A DNA stretch of 63,827 nucleotides, counting the filler, from Reclinomonas americana ATCC 50394 (taxonomy: Eukaryota): NCBI GenBank assembly GCA_048213135.1. It is 9 parts of 8 records of this genome, joined end to end, with 100 filler letters (N's around TTAATTAATTAA, not from the genome) between each part and the next. Parts side by side here need not be neighbours in the genome. Positions count along the whole stretch, not along the records: positions 41,192 to 52,826 come from PS015870.1; positions 52,927 to 54,314 come from PS015870.1; positions 54,415 to 56,791 come from AFZH01015934.1; positions 56,892 to 61,912 come from PS015872.1; 5 more parts are not named here. One strand, 5' to 3'. Positions 47,601 to 60,000 of the stretch are shown piece by piece. The notes beneath the pieces were generated by a model. That model did no database searches and was not told where the DNA came from. It was given only the letters and a program-made list of their open reading frames with translations. Numbering within the stretch: position 1 is the first letter of the stretch; every line of letters begins with the position of its first letter. Both the position numbers and the translations under genes were made by a program.

Positions 47601-50600
47601 CACAGCGCTGAAAACCAATCGTCGCTTGCAGAGCGTGTACAGCTGCAGAACAACACGATGTTGGCCACGCGTGCTGGCGAAGCCGAAGAGATCCTACGGT
47701 GATCCTCGCATTCGCCGCAGCTGCTGTTCTTCCACTCTCACCCAGCACTCACGCTCTCCGAAAAACAGAGTTCTCACCCGTGGCATCGTTCAGCAATCGG
47801 CGCACGTGCAGCTACCGCGTGTGTGGGGTCCACGTGAATACGGCCTGCTCTTTGACAATCTCGAACTACGCTTCAACTTGCTCCCCGTGCGTCCTTCTTT
47901 GCAATGTCTCGGCAGGAAACCCATCCATTCACACGCCACTGCCGCTGCTGCAGTACTCCCGCTACGCCGCTGCGATCGACGTGCTCAACGAACTCGCCAC
48001 TCGCGGCGACCAGATCGCGCTGCAGACACCGGTGCTCACGGCAGCCGATGCGCTGATTTCGGATTTCCGCGAGGAGACGCGTCGCGTGAGTGTCTTGCCG
48101 ACCCAGTCCAAGGTTCTGCGTTCATTCTTCCAGTTGTAGCAGCAGGATGTGCGGATGTCTGATGGTGTGCGCCTCTCGCTTGTTAGGTGGTCAAGTTTGT
48201 TCGTGGCCTGGACGCCTTTGCTGTGCGCTTCCTCGTTCCCAAGTGTGCCGCCTATCATGTTGCGTCACGACGGTAATTTTTCGTCGTACTCTTCATTCAC
48301 ACCGAGTGTGCCTCGCAGGACACGTTTCCCGCGAACACACCACCCGGAGCACTGCGGAACGCCCTGGCTGTGATACAAAACACGTTGGATCTCGACGAAT
48401 TCCAGGCCTACTACGAGGAAACCATGGAGGCGTACAAGAATTTTGACTTGGGCGCCCTGTTGGAGGCTGCACTGGTGGCCGAGACGCAGAAGCGTGCGCG
48501 GCAATGGCTCGGTCAGGCCAAGCGCCTGCCCGAGGTGGCCAGCAGCCTGACGCTGTCGGCCATGGACGATGAATCGCCGTCGCCGGCATATGCACGACGT
48601 GCGCCGGCAGCGTCACCGCCGTCCACGCCACAGAGTCCGGCCGTGGCGCTGAGTGTGAGTGGACTGCTGATCGCCATTGAGTCGGTGACGGGTGGAACGC
48701 CGCCTGTGCAGGCCACAGTCAATCAAGCGACGGGAGGCAGTCCGACCTCGGGTGCTATTTACACTGGCTACCAGCTGTGCGCTCTGGCTCTCGGTGCTCG
48801 TGCCGCCGTTGAGACAGATGTGAACAAGTTCAGTTTTGAGTTTCCGACGTTGCGTGACGAAAGTGCCAGCGAACGCCTGGAAGTGTGTGCCCGGTAGACG
48901 TGCTCATCGCCTGATCACAGTGGTCGCCGCCTGGAGGAAATCACCGCCGAAGTGTACTATCGGACACTGGCGGAGAATGTGCTACGCGCCATTCCCCCCG
49001 AGGTGCGTGCGCGTGTGTCTTGCCGTGAGTGGCTTGACGCCAGAATTCAATTGCGATCTCGCAGTTGTCCCCCGAGGTGTACGATCCCACCTTCATCTCG
49101 CTGTACACGGTGATGCGAGAGTTGCATGAGACGTGGCGAGCGTTGCTGGGAGACAAGTTGTGTGCCGTCAGCCGCTGCTTGTTGCTGTTGGTCTCGTTCT
49201 CACTCACACGTCGCGAGACAGACTATCGTTCCTCCCCATTGGTGAGGTCTTCAAGCCGTATTTGGAGCAGTGGGCGTTGCATGCCATGGGTCTCCTCGAT
49301 GTGTGTCAGCAGCGGGCGATTGCGCAAGACGATGTTGCGTCTGCCGCTCTTTGCCAGTGACTGGGGGGCGTTCACTGAGCATGTCATGTGTGTGTGTGTA
49401 CGTGCACAGTTCAAGCCCATCCAACTGCCGGCCATTATGCACTCGTTGGGCGTGGTGCATGTGTTCGAGTTTGCCAACATGACCTTCTCGAAGTGCTTGG
49501 AGATCATGGACAAGAACGACCCGTCACTGGTCAACACCATTTTCAATGTCTCCAATGTTGCGGAAGGGAGAGCGTATATTCTTATCGCCTTTGTTCCTCA
49601 CTCTGCGATAATAGGCCGTTACGAGCAACGCCGCACGGTACGCTGCCAAACTGGAGGAGCTGTTTGGTGAGGAGCTGAGGGACCACGAGGTTGTGATGCA
49701 ACACATCAAGCACGTGAGCAACACGGCGCGTGACGATGTGATGCTCATCTCTCAGAGGGTGCGTCGTATGATGAGTTTACTGTCGAGGCTGTTGTCGTTC
49801 ACTCACTTTTTCGCCTTCGTCGACCTGTCTCGCAGATGTGCATCATTCTTAATGTTGCGTTCTTCACACTCCTTGCCGAGTCCCTCATTGACGCCTGCTC
49901 ACTTGTGCTTTCTGCAGAATATTGATGCGACGGCATTGCAGTTGCGTGCATGGAGGAATGCGATCCGTGTCGCAGGAAGGACGCTCACTCGAATGAATGC
50001 AGATTGAGCGATTTCTTTGAGGCGCACGCTCACGACACTGGCACGGATGAGATGCACGCGCATCTCGCCGACCAAATTCAGGTGCGCGGCGGCATCAATG
50101 TCCGTGTTTTTTCTTTCACTGCAAGGCTTACCAACTGACTGTTCCGTAGCGATCGTTGACACGCATGCGGTCGTCCATGTACACCGCCCTCACCAGTGTG
50201 GTTTGTGTATCTGTGCCATTCGACTCTGCGCACTGTGTGACCCACTGTTGCCATCGCGTAGCTGACACGGATTCTCGTTCCTCTGCTGCGTGTGACCGTC
50301 GGTGTGGAGTTGAAGCCTGATGGCGAGAACCTGGTCCGCGGGTTGGCACCGAAGATGTGGAGTGCGGTGTGTGCCGTGCGGCAGCAGAAGAAAGGTGCGC
50401 CTCAGTCGCTGCTGCTGCTCTCGCGGAGAGGATATTCATAATCACTCCCCCTCCCTCCCTCGTTGCCTCTTTTTGCTAGGCCGCGTGGACGACGCCATGA
50501 CCTTCCTGCGACCCATGTTCTCCTACCTGGAGCAACAGTGGGACGTCATGTGCGACTACTGCTACTCGAACGTGTTCCTTTCGTTCATGGTGGCCCTGTA

Positions 50601-51197
50601 CGGTACCATCTTGTCGGCGGTGGAAGACATGCTGTTTGAGCCGAGCTCGCGGCCGCTGGAGTTCACCCAGCTGAATTGCATCTTTAGCATTCTGCATGTG
50701 CGTCTTTTTCTTTTTCCACTTCAGTTCCCACCCCGCCGCCCTGTGTGTTCATCTGGCTGCTGCGACACAGGCCACCGACACGTTCATGTTCGACGGAGAG
50801 ACCGCTCCAGAGTTTGTCGAGTTGCGCGAGTGGATGCAGGAGCGCGTGCAGATGCTGCAGGCCTCCGTGTTGCCGCTGTACTCGGCGCCGCTGGTGGAGG
50901 TCACTGAGGCCTTCCGGCGGGCTGGAACCAACATCGAACGACAAGTTTCGTCTTGTGTACGCTGTCACCTTTCGTCGCTCACACAACAACAACAACAACC
51001 TGACAACCGCTGCCACGCAGATCATTTTCCGACTGCTGCAATCGCGCAAGAAGGATCGCGAAGCAGAGCGATTCTGCCAGGAGGTAATCACCAAGCAGCC
51101 ACATCTTTTCGACGACAGCTTCAGGCCGGTGGTCGCAGCGCTGCGAGCGGCGTCGGCTGCCGCCCACCGCTCCGAGCCATCACCCCGGAGAAGATAA
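44648..51197 (+). CDS. C2 + MUN/MHD domain protein (Munc13/BAIAP3-like), many exons
   Basis: C2: GTSDPYVLV..RTKTRKGTLDPVWDE..VYDWDRLGRDEFEG. MHD1-like: AIAQDDFKP..HSLGVVHVF, CIILNNID. MHD2-like: PMFSYLEQQ, IIFRLLQSRKKDREAERF. Confidence 0.75.
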
Positions 51198-51302
51198 CAG
51201 GAGTGAAAATCCTTACTTTTTTAGTTCGTCCACTGCAGTCGTTACTGTTTCATTTTTTCCCTCTCAAGTCGCCTCGCGCCCTTTGTTATTGCCACCTGAC
51301 GA

Positions 51303-52780
51303 TCACATCTCGTCCTCCTCCAGCACGTGAATAATGTCATTTAGTTCCTGTGCGGCGCGTCGTCAGTCACAATGGAGCTTTTGTTGGGGAAGAAAAGAAA
51401 GAAAGCACACAACTTCTCGTGCTGCCGCCAGCTCGTTCTCCAAGTTGGCAATGGTGGCGTCGCGGCGCACCAGCTGTCGCTCGCGGTGCTCCACAAGGCG
51501 TACGAGTCGGCGCACCTCGGTCGCCAGCTGAATCTTGGTGAATCGCGAGAGCAGCACATTGACTTCCACCCGGCTGCTAAACTCCAGTCCAACAGAGTTC
51601 CACATGGCACGCGATGATGAAGCTGGTGGACGAGCAGCAACAACAACAAACGTGAGCTCCCTGGATAGGACCATCCTCCAGCACGAGGGGAAAACAATAA
51701 ACTAACCAGTGTCCGAGGTCGCCAATGACGACGCAGTGTCTGTGTTGTGGGCGCGCGCAGTGAGAATGTGGCAAGAGATATACAGACGAAAGGATAAACA
51801 AGGCCACAAACCCGAGGTCTCCGAGCCAGTGCCCGGCTCATCATCCTCTGACATCTCGGCCGACGAGGGGACTAAGCAATGTGCACACTTGCTGGTGAGA
51901 CAAGCAGGCAACGCGGAGGTGCACGCAAAAAAGTGCGGCACGCAACATCCATTGGAGCGAGCGACATCCAGCAGCTCCTCCGTGTCCAGCGATCCGTGTC
52001 GCTTGCCACCACGTGGATCGTCGTCGGCCAGTTGCGCATGGGTTTTGCCCGCCTTGCCGGTCATCATGTGACCATTCACCGGCGACTGCGCAGAGCCACT
52101 CGAGTTGCCACCGACGCGCACGAGTGCCGGCACCTTCGGTCGCTCACGTCCCGGCTCGTCGACGCCCCCATTCTGCGTCGCACGGTCGCGATCGGACACG
52201 GACTCGCCCGACAACGCAGTCGTGTCTCCGTCCACTGGCTCGCTTTCGTGTGAGGACTCGGGCTCGGCATGGCTTGGCGCCGGGCCGACGCGCACCACGT
52301 TGACCATGCGTCCCTGACGATTGACAATGCGCGCCACGGTCGGATCCACCGTCAACGTTCCGTCCACGCCGACCTGTGCACGAGAGAAATGAGAACACGC
52401 AAAGTTCTCCCTCTTGCCAGCCATTGCCGCTCACCAAGTACTCGTACTGGCCAGGTGTCAGCAGGGTCGTCAGCGTGTAGGTTCCATCGTCCTGCTTGGC
52501 CATGGGCAGCGGAGTCCATCGAGTAAACGAGCCGCACACCATCACACGATCCAGGGCGCCACCACCGTGCGTCCAGGTGAACGTGACAGGCTCCCGAGCA
52601 GTGTCGGCGGCAGTGGTAGCACCCAGCTCGCCACTCCTGTTGTCATCGACTCTCCGTGAGCCAACATCGCAAAACAAAGAGAGAAGACAGAAAAAGAGAG
52701 AGTCAAGACGCACTGTGCTGTCAGTGTCGCTGTCGCCTGGGCGCCACCAGCGGCGTCGGTGGACGACGATGGGGTTACTG
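51303..52780 (-). CDS. CBM48 (AMPK-beta-type glycogen-binding) domain + C-terminal coiled-coil protein; 5' truncated
   Basis: VTFTW..VMVCGSFTRWTPLPM..LTPGQYEY..VDG..VDP..NVV; last exon ELNDIIHVLEEDEM*. Confidence 0.65.
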
Positions 52781-52782
52781 TG

Positions 52783-52813
<31 letters not shown>

Positions 52814-52926
52814 CGCGTACGGTAGGNNNNNNNNNNNNNNNNNNNNNNNNNNNNNNNNNNNNNNNNNNNNTTAATTAATTAANNNNNNNNNNNNNNNNNN
52901 NNNNNNNNNNNNNNNNNNNNNNNNNN

Positions 52927-54867
52927 GCGCGAACGCAGCACCGCAATCAGCCGCTGCTCCACCAGCTCCACAAACTTGGAGTCTGTGCGTGCCATGGTCA
53001 GCGCCTCCAGCGAGTAGAGGGCGGGGATCTGCGACCAGCGCAATGACAGGTGAATATCAGGAGAAGGAGAACAATTCACATGGGAAACCAACCTCACGCC
53101 AGGCACCCGACGGACGATCGGCGGGAATGCCAAAGGCCTCGGCCAGACGACGATCGCGCTCCATTTTCTCAATCTCGGCCTTGGTTTCTGCAACATCGAA
53201 TCGTTGATGTGAGCGAGTGGGGGGATATGAGGACAACAGCAAGGGGAGGAGAGAGCGCAACTCTGCGGAATAATGCCCTTGGCCAGGCCGTGGCGACGAT
53301 CCGGGGGCAGTTCGCGCAGCTCGTTCTCGGAAAACAGGCGGGACCACTGCGGTCCGGAACCGACATTGGAGGAGGGCGCCTGCAACTGTGGCAGAGGTAA
53401 GGAACTGCACAAGAGAAAAGTGAGAAACAAGGAAAGAGATGCGACTCACCGGCGGCAACGGTCGACCGTCGCCATCCAGATCCGGCCAGCTCTCCTGTCG
53501 ACCAGCGAAGCCTACACAAAACACACAAAAATTGAGATGCTTTGTTTTTCTTGTCATCTTCGCCTCCCTCACGCAACTGTCATCATCGTGTCGGGGGTAT
53601 GACGACTCGCGATCCATCTCCTCGAGCAGAGTCGGACCGGAGAGCGGGGGGAAGGCCGATGAATCGAGCGGAGCAGCTGCGGCCGCCGCCGATGCTGCCT
53701 CTTGCTGGAGTTGGCGTTGTTGGGCGCGGGCACGCTGCTCAATCAGGGAGAGCGGGCGTCCGTCGTCTTCGTCGCCTCCACGACCGCCACGCTTTCCACG
53801 CTTGCCACGACCGTCACTGCAATGGATGGGGAAGGGGAAGACGGGTCAATACCAAGCAAGTATTCACACAGAGTGCGCCACATGCAGCACTCACCGTCGA
53901 CCATCGCCATCATCGCCGGCTCCAGCCGCGGAGGAGGAGGAGGAGGTGGTGTGGAACACCGGGCCGCTGGCAGAGGCGAGTGCCACCGAGTCGCTGCCGG
54001 CCACTCCTCGCACCGAGCTGTTGAGCAGCTCGTCGGCCAAGCGCTGTCGCTCCCACTTGGACAGGCCCTTGGAGTGCTTCTCCAACTGCACAAGGAAATG
54101 GTGAGCCAGTGTTCTGTTTTTTTCTTGATGTACCAGGTGCGTGACGCAACAAAGTGCTCCTTGAGTTGGAACTCGGTGGTAAACACGATAAACTTGGTCT
54201 GTCGGCACTCCTCGTGAGAGCACGGGAAGTGATCTTCGCCGAAATGCACCTCGAGGTCCTCGTAGGTGTTCTGCGCGTCAGGCGTGTGTGTAAGCAGAGA
54301 GTGCGTCACACCAANNNNNNNNNNNNNNNNNNNNNNNNNNNNNNNNNNNNNNNNNNNNTTAATTAATTAANNNNNNNNNNNNNNNNNNNNNNNNNNNNNN
54401 NNNNNNNNNNNNNNAATCGCAAACGAACAGTCGACGGCGGTGGCTTGACTGTGTACGAGTGCGGTGGCAGGTACGTCGGTGCGGCTGCCGAGGGACCAAC
54501 ACTGCTGGCAGAGGACGACTGCGCACTGACGCTGTCGCCACCAGCAGACGACGATCTGCAATGTCACAATTGGTTGAGTTGCGCGCCAGATGACCAAAAT
54601 CTGACTCTCACACACGCACACACGCACCCTTTCTCGTGCATGAGCCGATCGTGGTGAAGCTGCAGTCGGTGCACCGACGACTCCACTCGTCGGTGAACGT
54701 GCTTGAGTGCGGCGCTGTCGCGTCGCACGTACTCGGGGTCATCCTCTTGTGCCTGAGTGCGTGTGTGTGAGAGAGAGCACTCAAAGTCAGTGATCGAGAA
54801 GAAAGAGAGAGTTGTGTGCGTGTGTGTAAGTGCGCATAGAGTAAGTAACTCGTTGCTGGCGCGACAT
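52927..54867 (-). CDS. ZNF598/Hel2-like C2H2 zinc-finger protein fragment(s)
   Basis: YEDLEVHFGEDHFPCSHEECRQTKFIVFTTEFQLKEH..H; interrupted by a linker gap; RING domain not seen. Confidence 0.5.
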
Positions 54868-54970
54868 TATGACTTCTCTCGCCTAATAAACGAACTGCTT
54901 TGCCGCCGTTTTAACGATCGCATTCACCACGACTCGATGAATCAGACGCTCGATTCTCATCTCATCTATC

Positions 54971-56711
54971 ATGCAATCCACGGACGCGCTTTCGCCCATC
55001 GACGTTGGTCTCTTCTTGGACCGGAGGGAGGGATGGGAGGCCGAATGCCGCCGCGCGTTTGAGCAGATTGCACAGACGGGTGTCCTGATTCTCAAGGTTT
55101 GTGAGGCGATCGTGCATGCAGAGAGACAGTGATACACACACAGAGAGAGGGGGATATGTGTGCGCAACACGCAGAGAAGAAAGCGAAGGAGAACGAGAGA
55201 GAGAGAACGAGAGAGTTTTTGTGTGTGAGTTGCATGGTGGATCATGGCGACTGTGCGCGCGCTCTCTCTCCTTTCACACGCACATGCACACATCTACGCC
55301 CCTGTATGCCTCTGATCCACCTCACTGTCGCGCATATGCGCACACACTCCTCTCTTCCAAGAAAGAAGAAGATGCACTGTGCAAGTGTGCGCATCTTTTT
55401 CGCTCCTCTGCTGATGCAGATCGCCCATTGTTGTTTTTCTTTTTGTGCCATAGGATCCGCGTGTGAGCGAGGAAGACAACACGCGCTTTGTGTCAATGAT
55501 GGAGCAGTACTATGAGCAACCCGACGAGGTCAAGATGCGTGACGTGTTCCCCGATATCGCCTATCAAGTCGGTGCCACACCATCGTACACCGAGGTACAT
55601 CATGCAGTTGTGCACTTTCTGTTGCTCTTTTCTCATTGTGTTCTCTGTGTTTGCAAAAAAAGGTTGCGCGCGATCACACGGCCCGTTTTGCCGACTTTCC
55701 GCCAGAACATCAGCCGCACCCGTATTCGGGAGCCGATCCCAAGTGGCGTTTCTTCTGGCGCATTGGCGAGCGACCGGAGCACACCAGCTTCTATGAGCTC
55801 AACTGCCCGCCGGTAGTGCCTGCTGGTGCGCGTAGTGTGTGTGCATGTGTGCATACTTTGCGCTTCTCATGTGTGCTGTGATTAGCCATTCCGAACTGGA
55901 CGGAGCTCATGGATCTGTGGGGCCAGCGCATGCTCGACGCTGTGTACGCCTGCTCGCGTATGATTGCGGTTGGCGGCGGTCTGGAGGAGGATGCGATTGT
56001 GAAGCTGTTGGACAAGGGTCCACATTTGTTGGCGCCCACGGGAGGTTGCGTGTGTATTTGTATTGGTTGCACCGCACTCTCCGCTTTTGCTTACACGCAA
56101 AATTCGTGGCGCAGCTGATATGGCCAAGTGCAAGGACGGCGAGGTGATTGCGTCGGTGCATCAGGATCTGAATCTGCTCACGATTCAGTTGCGTGTGAGA
56201 TTCATTCACTCTGCCTGCGAAACCAAATGGACTCACACATCTGCTTCTCGATCTCGACAGCGGTCGGAGTCGATACCCTGCGCTCTTTGCATGGCTCCGC
56301 GATGGAACCAAGGTGCAGGTCAAGGTCCCGGAGGGCTGCCTCCTCGTGCAGGCTGCAATGCAGCTGGAGCACTTGACTGGTGCGCGCACACACACACACG
56401 CAAATCGCCCTTCTGATCGACGGCCGCACTCACCCACTGTCGATCCTACTACGTATGCAGGTGGTGCCATTGAGGCGGGATTCCACGAAGTGGTGTTCTT
56501 TGACGCCACTGCCCGTGCACTGGAGCGTGCCCAGGCCGAAGGCCGCTCCACGTGGCGTGTGTCGTCCACCCTGTTCTCACACGTGGCGTCGGATTTGTGG
56601 CTCGAGCCTATTGGTCCGTTCCGTACCGAGGCCGCCCTGGCCAAGTACCCACGAATTGAGGCTGGGCGCTTTGTCGAGGAAGAACTCAAGGCCATTTCAT
56701 TGCACAAGTAA
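54971..56711 (+). CDS. 2-oxoglutarate/Fe(II)-dependent oxygenase (IPNS-like fold)
   Basis: YQVGATP, DPKWRFFWRIG, HLLAPTG, HxD in VHQDLNLLTIHG, distal His in GFHEVV, WRVSSTLFSH. Confidence 0.85.
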
Positions 56712-57069
56712 CCGGGTAGAGTGAGACTCTTGTTTTTTTGCGTGTGTGTTTGCTTTTTGGGGGGAGGAGGGGAAGGGTAGGCGGGGTATGCNNNNNNNNN
56801 NNNNNNNNNNNNNNNNNNNNNNNNNNNNNNNNNNNTTAATTAATTAANNNNNNNNNNNNNNNNNNNNNNNNNNNNNNNNNNNNNNNNNNNNAGTCAGCCA
56901 TTCGCAGCGCATGGTCAATCACCGTAAATAGCGGCTCTGCGCTCACCACACAGCGCCACGTGGCGCACATGCACCTCTTGCGTTGTTTGCAGCGGATCTG
57001 AAGAAACGTCGACCTTTCCCACGAAGCACAAGTAGTCTTCCTGCCTTTAAAGTTGCAGGTAGGCAGAAA

Positions 57070-60000
57070 ATGGCCGCATGCATGACTGATACCACAAATG
57101 CGGAAAATCGACGAGATAGATTGGCGCGTGAAGTCGAAGTCCGCCCACCCTCACTCTCTCTTTCACGCGCGCGTGTGTGTGCTTGCACCCACACCTGCGT
57201 CTTGCCTCACACACACTCTCTCTCCTTGCTCTCTGCGAGTGCGTGTGTGTGTGTGACACACTCTCCTCCCAACTCCGCGTGTGTGTGCGCGTGCGTGTGA
57301 GACAAGGGAAGGAGGGAGAAAGCGCCTCAGCTCTTGCGGTGTTCTCTGTTGCCTTATATCCCCGCGACCACCGTGCATGCTCAGTGGTGTAGCACGAGCA
57401 CTGACCTCGCTGTTGTGGATCATTGCACGTTGGATTCGTCGCACCTGGTCATCGCCCTCGTCTCTCCTCTCGNNNNNNNNNNNNNNNNNNNNNNNNNNNN
57501 NNNNNNNNNNNNNNNNNNNNNNNNNNNNNNNNNNNNNNNNNNNNNNNNNNNNNNNNNNNNNNNNNNNNNNNNNNNNNNNNNNNNNNNNNNNNNNNNNNNN
57601 NNNNNNNNNNNNNNNNNNNNNNNNNNNNNNNNNNNNNNNNNNNNNNNNNNNNNNNNNNNNNNNNNNNNNNNNNNNNNNNNNNNNNNNNNNNNNNNNNNNN
57701 NNNNNNNNNNNNNNNNNNNNNNNNNNNNNNNNNNNNNNNNNNNNNNNNNNNNNNNNNNNNNNNNNNNNNNNNNNNNNNNNNNNNNNNNNNNNNNNNNNNN
57801 NNNNNNNNNNNNNNNNNNNNNNNNNNNNNNNNNNNNNNNNNNNNNNNNNNNNNNNNNNNNNNNNNNNNNNNNNNNNNNNNNNNNNNNNNNNNNNNNNNNN
57901 NNNNNNNNNNNNNNNNNNNNNNNNNNNNNNNNNNNNNNNNNNNNNNNNNNNNNNNNNNNNNNNNNNNNNNNNNNNNNNNNNNNNNNNNNNNNNNNNNNNN
58001 NNNNNNNNNNNNNNNNNNNNNNNNNNNNNNNNNNNNNNNNNNNNNNNNNNNNNNNNNNNNNNNNNNNNNNNNNNNNNNNNNNNNNNNNNNNNNNNNNNNN
58101 NNNNNNNNNNNNNNNNNNNNNNNNNNNNNNNNNNNNNNNNNNNNNNNNNNNNNNNNNNNNNNNNNNNNNNNNNNNNNNNNNNNNNNNNNNTTGTTGTTGT
58201 TGTTGCGCTGTGTACTGACTGCATTCACAGCCGCAGCTGCTTCACCGGGCAGTCGAGTGTCGCCACCCCGTGGTGGTGCTGGTGGGGCTGCTCCGGGCGT
58301 CTCGTTCAGGCATCCGTCGCCGGCTGGCACCTCGAGCAGCAGCGGCAACAGCAGTCAGGAAGCGTCGCCGCAGCGGTCTCCTCGCAGTTCAATGGCTCGC
58401 GGTCGCAGCAGCCAGACAACCGATGTGGGGGCTCTGCTGGCGTCGCTGCGTAGCGGGTCCTCGTCGTCTCTTATCGACGCCAGTGGCGGCAGTGGTAGCG
58501 GTGGTGGCGGTCCGAGCAGCACCGGATCGACAGTGTCGTCGTCTTCGGCGAGCAGCGCCAGCAGCGGACCGATCGTCTCTGGCCTCACCGCCGTCTCGGC
58601 CATTGCCGATCGACCGGCAGCTGCTGCTGGTGGTGGAGCCGCGGCTCCATCATCAACTCTCGGCAACGCGATTCTGTCCAGCGTGACCGCCAATCTCAAG
58701 CGCAATCAGGCCGCTCGTCGACCACCCTCCATTGCTGTGCCTCTCGATCAGCAGCCACTTGCCGCCGCCAACTCGTCGAACAGCAATCTGCTTTCGGTGG
58801 CCAGTCTTGGTGGTGAGTCGGCACCCGTGTCGCCCACCAACCACGGCAGTCCCAACGCGTCGGGTGCTGCGCCGTCGTCCGCCGCGGCCAAGGCGTCGTC
58901 CGCCCAGGCAAGCGCCGCCAGCGGCAGCAGTGCAGCGGCGGCGTCCCTGGCACAAGCCGCCTCGGTAGCACAATTGACACGGTTGGAGGTGCTGCACTAC
59001 GGCGACCACATCTCTCTCTTCAGCGAGGAGGTGGTGGAGGGCTTTGCATGCTGCGATGGGTGCGTGGCGACTTCTGCATGCACACTCTCCTCTGTGTCTG
59101 ACACTTCTGTGCGTGCGCAGTGTCGTGGAGAATGCACTGTTCCTTGCCGAGGGCACCAAGGCCACGCCTCCACGAAGCTTCAAAGGTACCTGTCTCTAAT
59201 CCCGCGGTTATTGGTGGACGGCGCTCTGATTTTCCCCTTTCGCACAGAGTGCATCTTTGTCGTCGTGCCGGCACGCAAGTACACGGCGCAAAACATCTTC
59301 AAGAAATCGTACGAAGATGCGGCGCGCGTCACCAACATTGACTTGGCGGAACCACCTCGCGACTGGGATCGTGAGGACATTGTGGCACTCAAGCTTGCCT
59401 GGGTACGTGTACGGCAGCCCCTCGGTCGATTGGCATCGATGCTTTGTTGCTGTTTCCTCACCTCACCGCCAACAGCGTGACCGCGAGACCGAGATGAAGG
59501 AGAACGAGATGGAGCTGACGCGCTCCATTGGAAAGGCTGTCAAGTACGGCGATGTGATTCAGGTGAGCATCGCTGATGCAGTCGTTCGTTCACTTCTGTG
59601 GAAGTCGTTGTAACTCTCTGGCGGCTCCAGTTGCAACACGTGCGCACCGGTCACTTCATCTCCGTGTTCCGGGACGCCGCCGTCGTGGACAAGAGCTGCC
59701 TGCAGATCCGGTTGGACTCGCGCGGCAGCTCCGGCAGCGGCTTCATCATTCGTCCCGGCACCAAACTCGCTCACGATGGCGAAATGGTGCACCTGCGCGA
59801 CCAGGTGGTGCTCACCAGTCGCAAGTTCCGCTTGCACCTGAACACGTCGCGCACGCCGCTGCGACCGCAGGCTCTGACGCCGTCCATGTCGGCCAAAGAG
59901 CTCCTGCAGACGCCGTCAGCCTCGAGTGCGTTTTTTCCCCGCCACCATTGCGTTTGTCCTCATTTCCCCCATACGGCTCACGTTGGCTGCTCTGCAGAGG

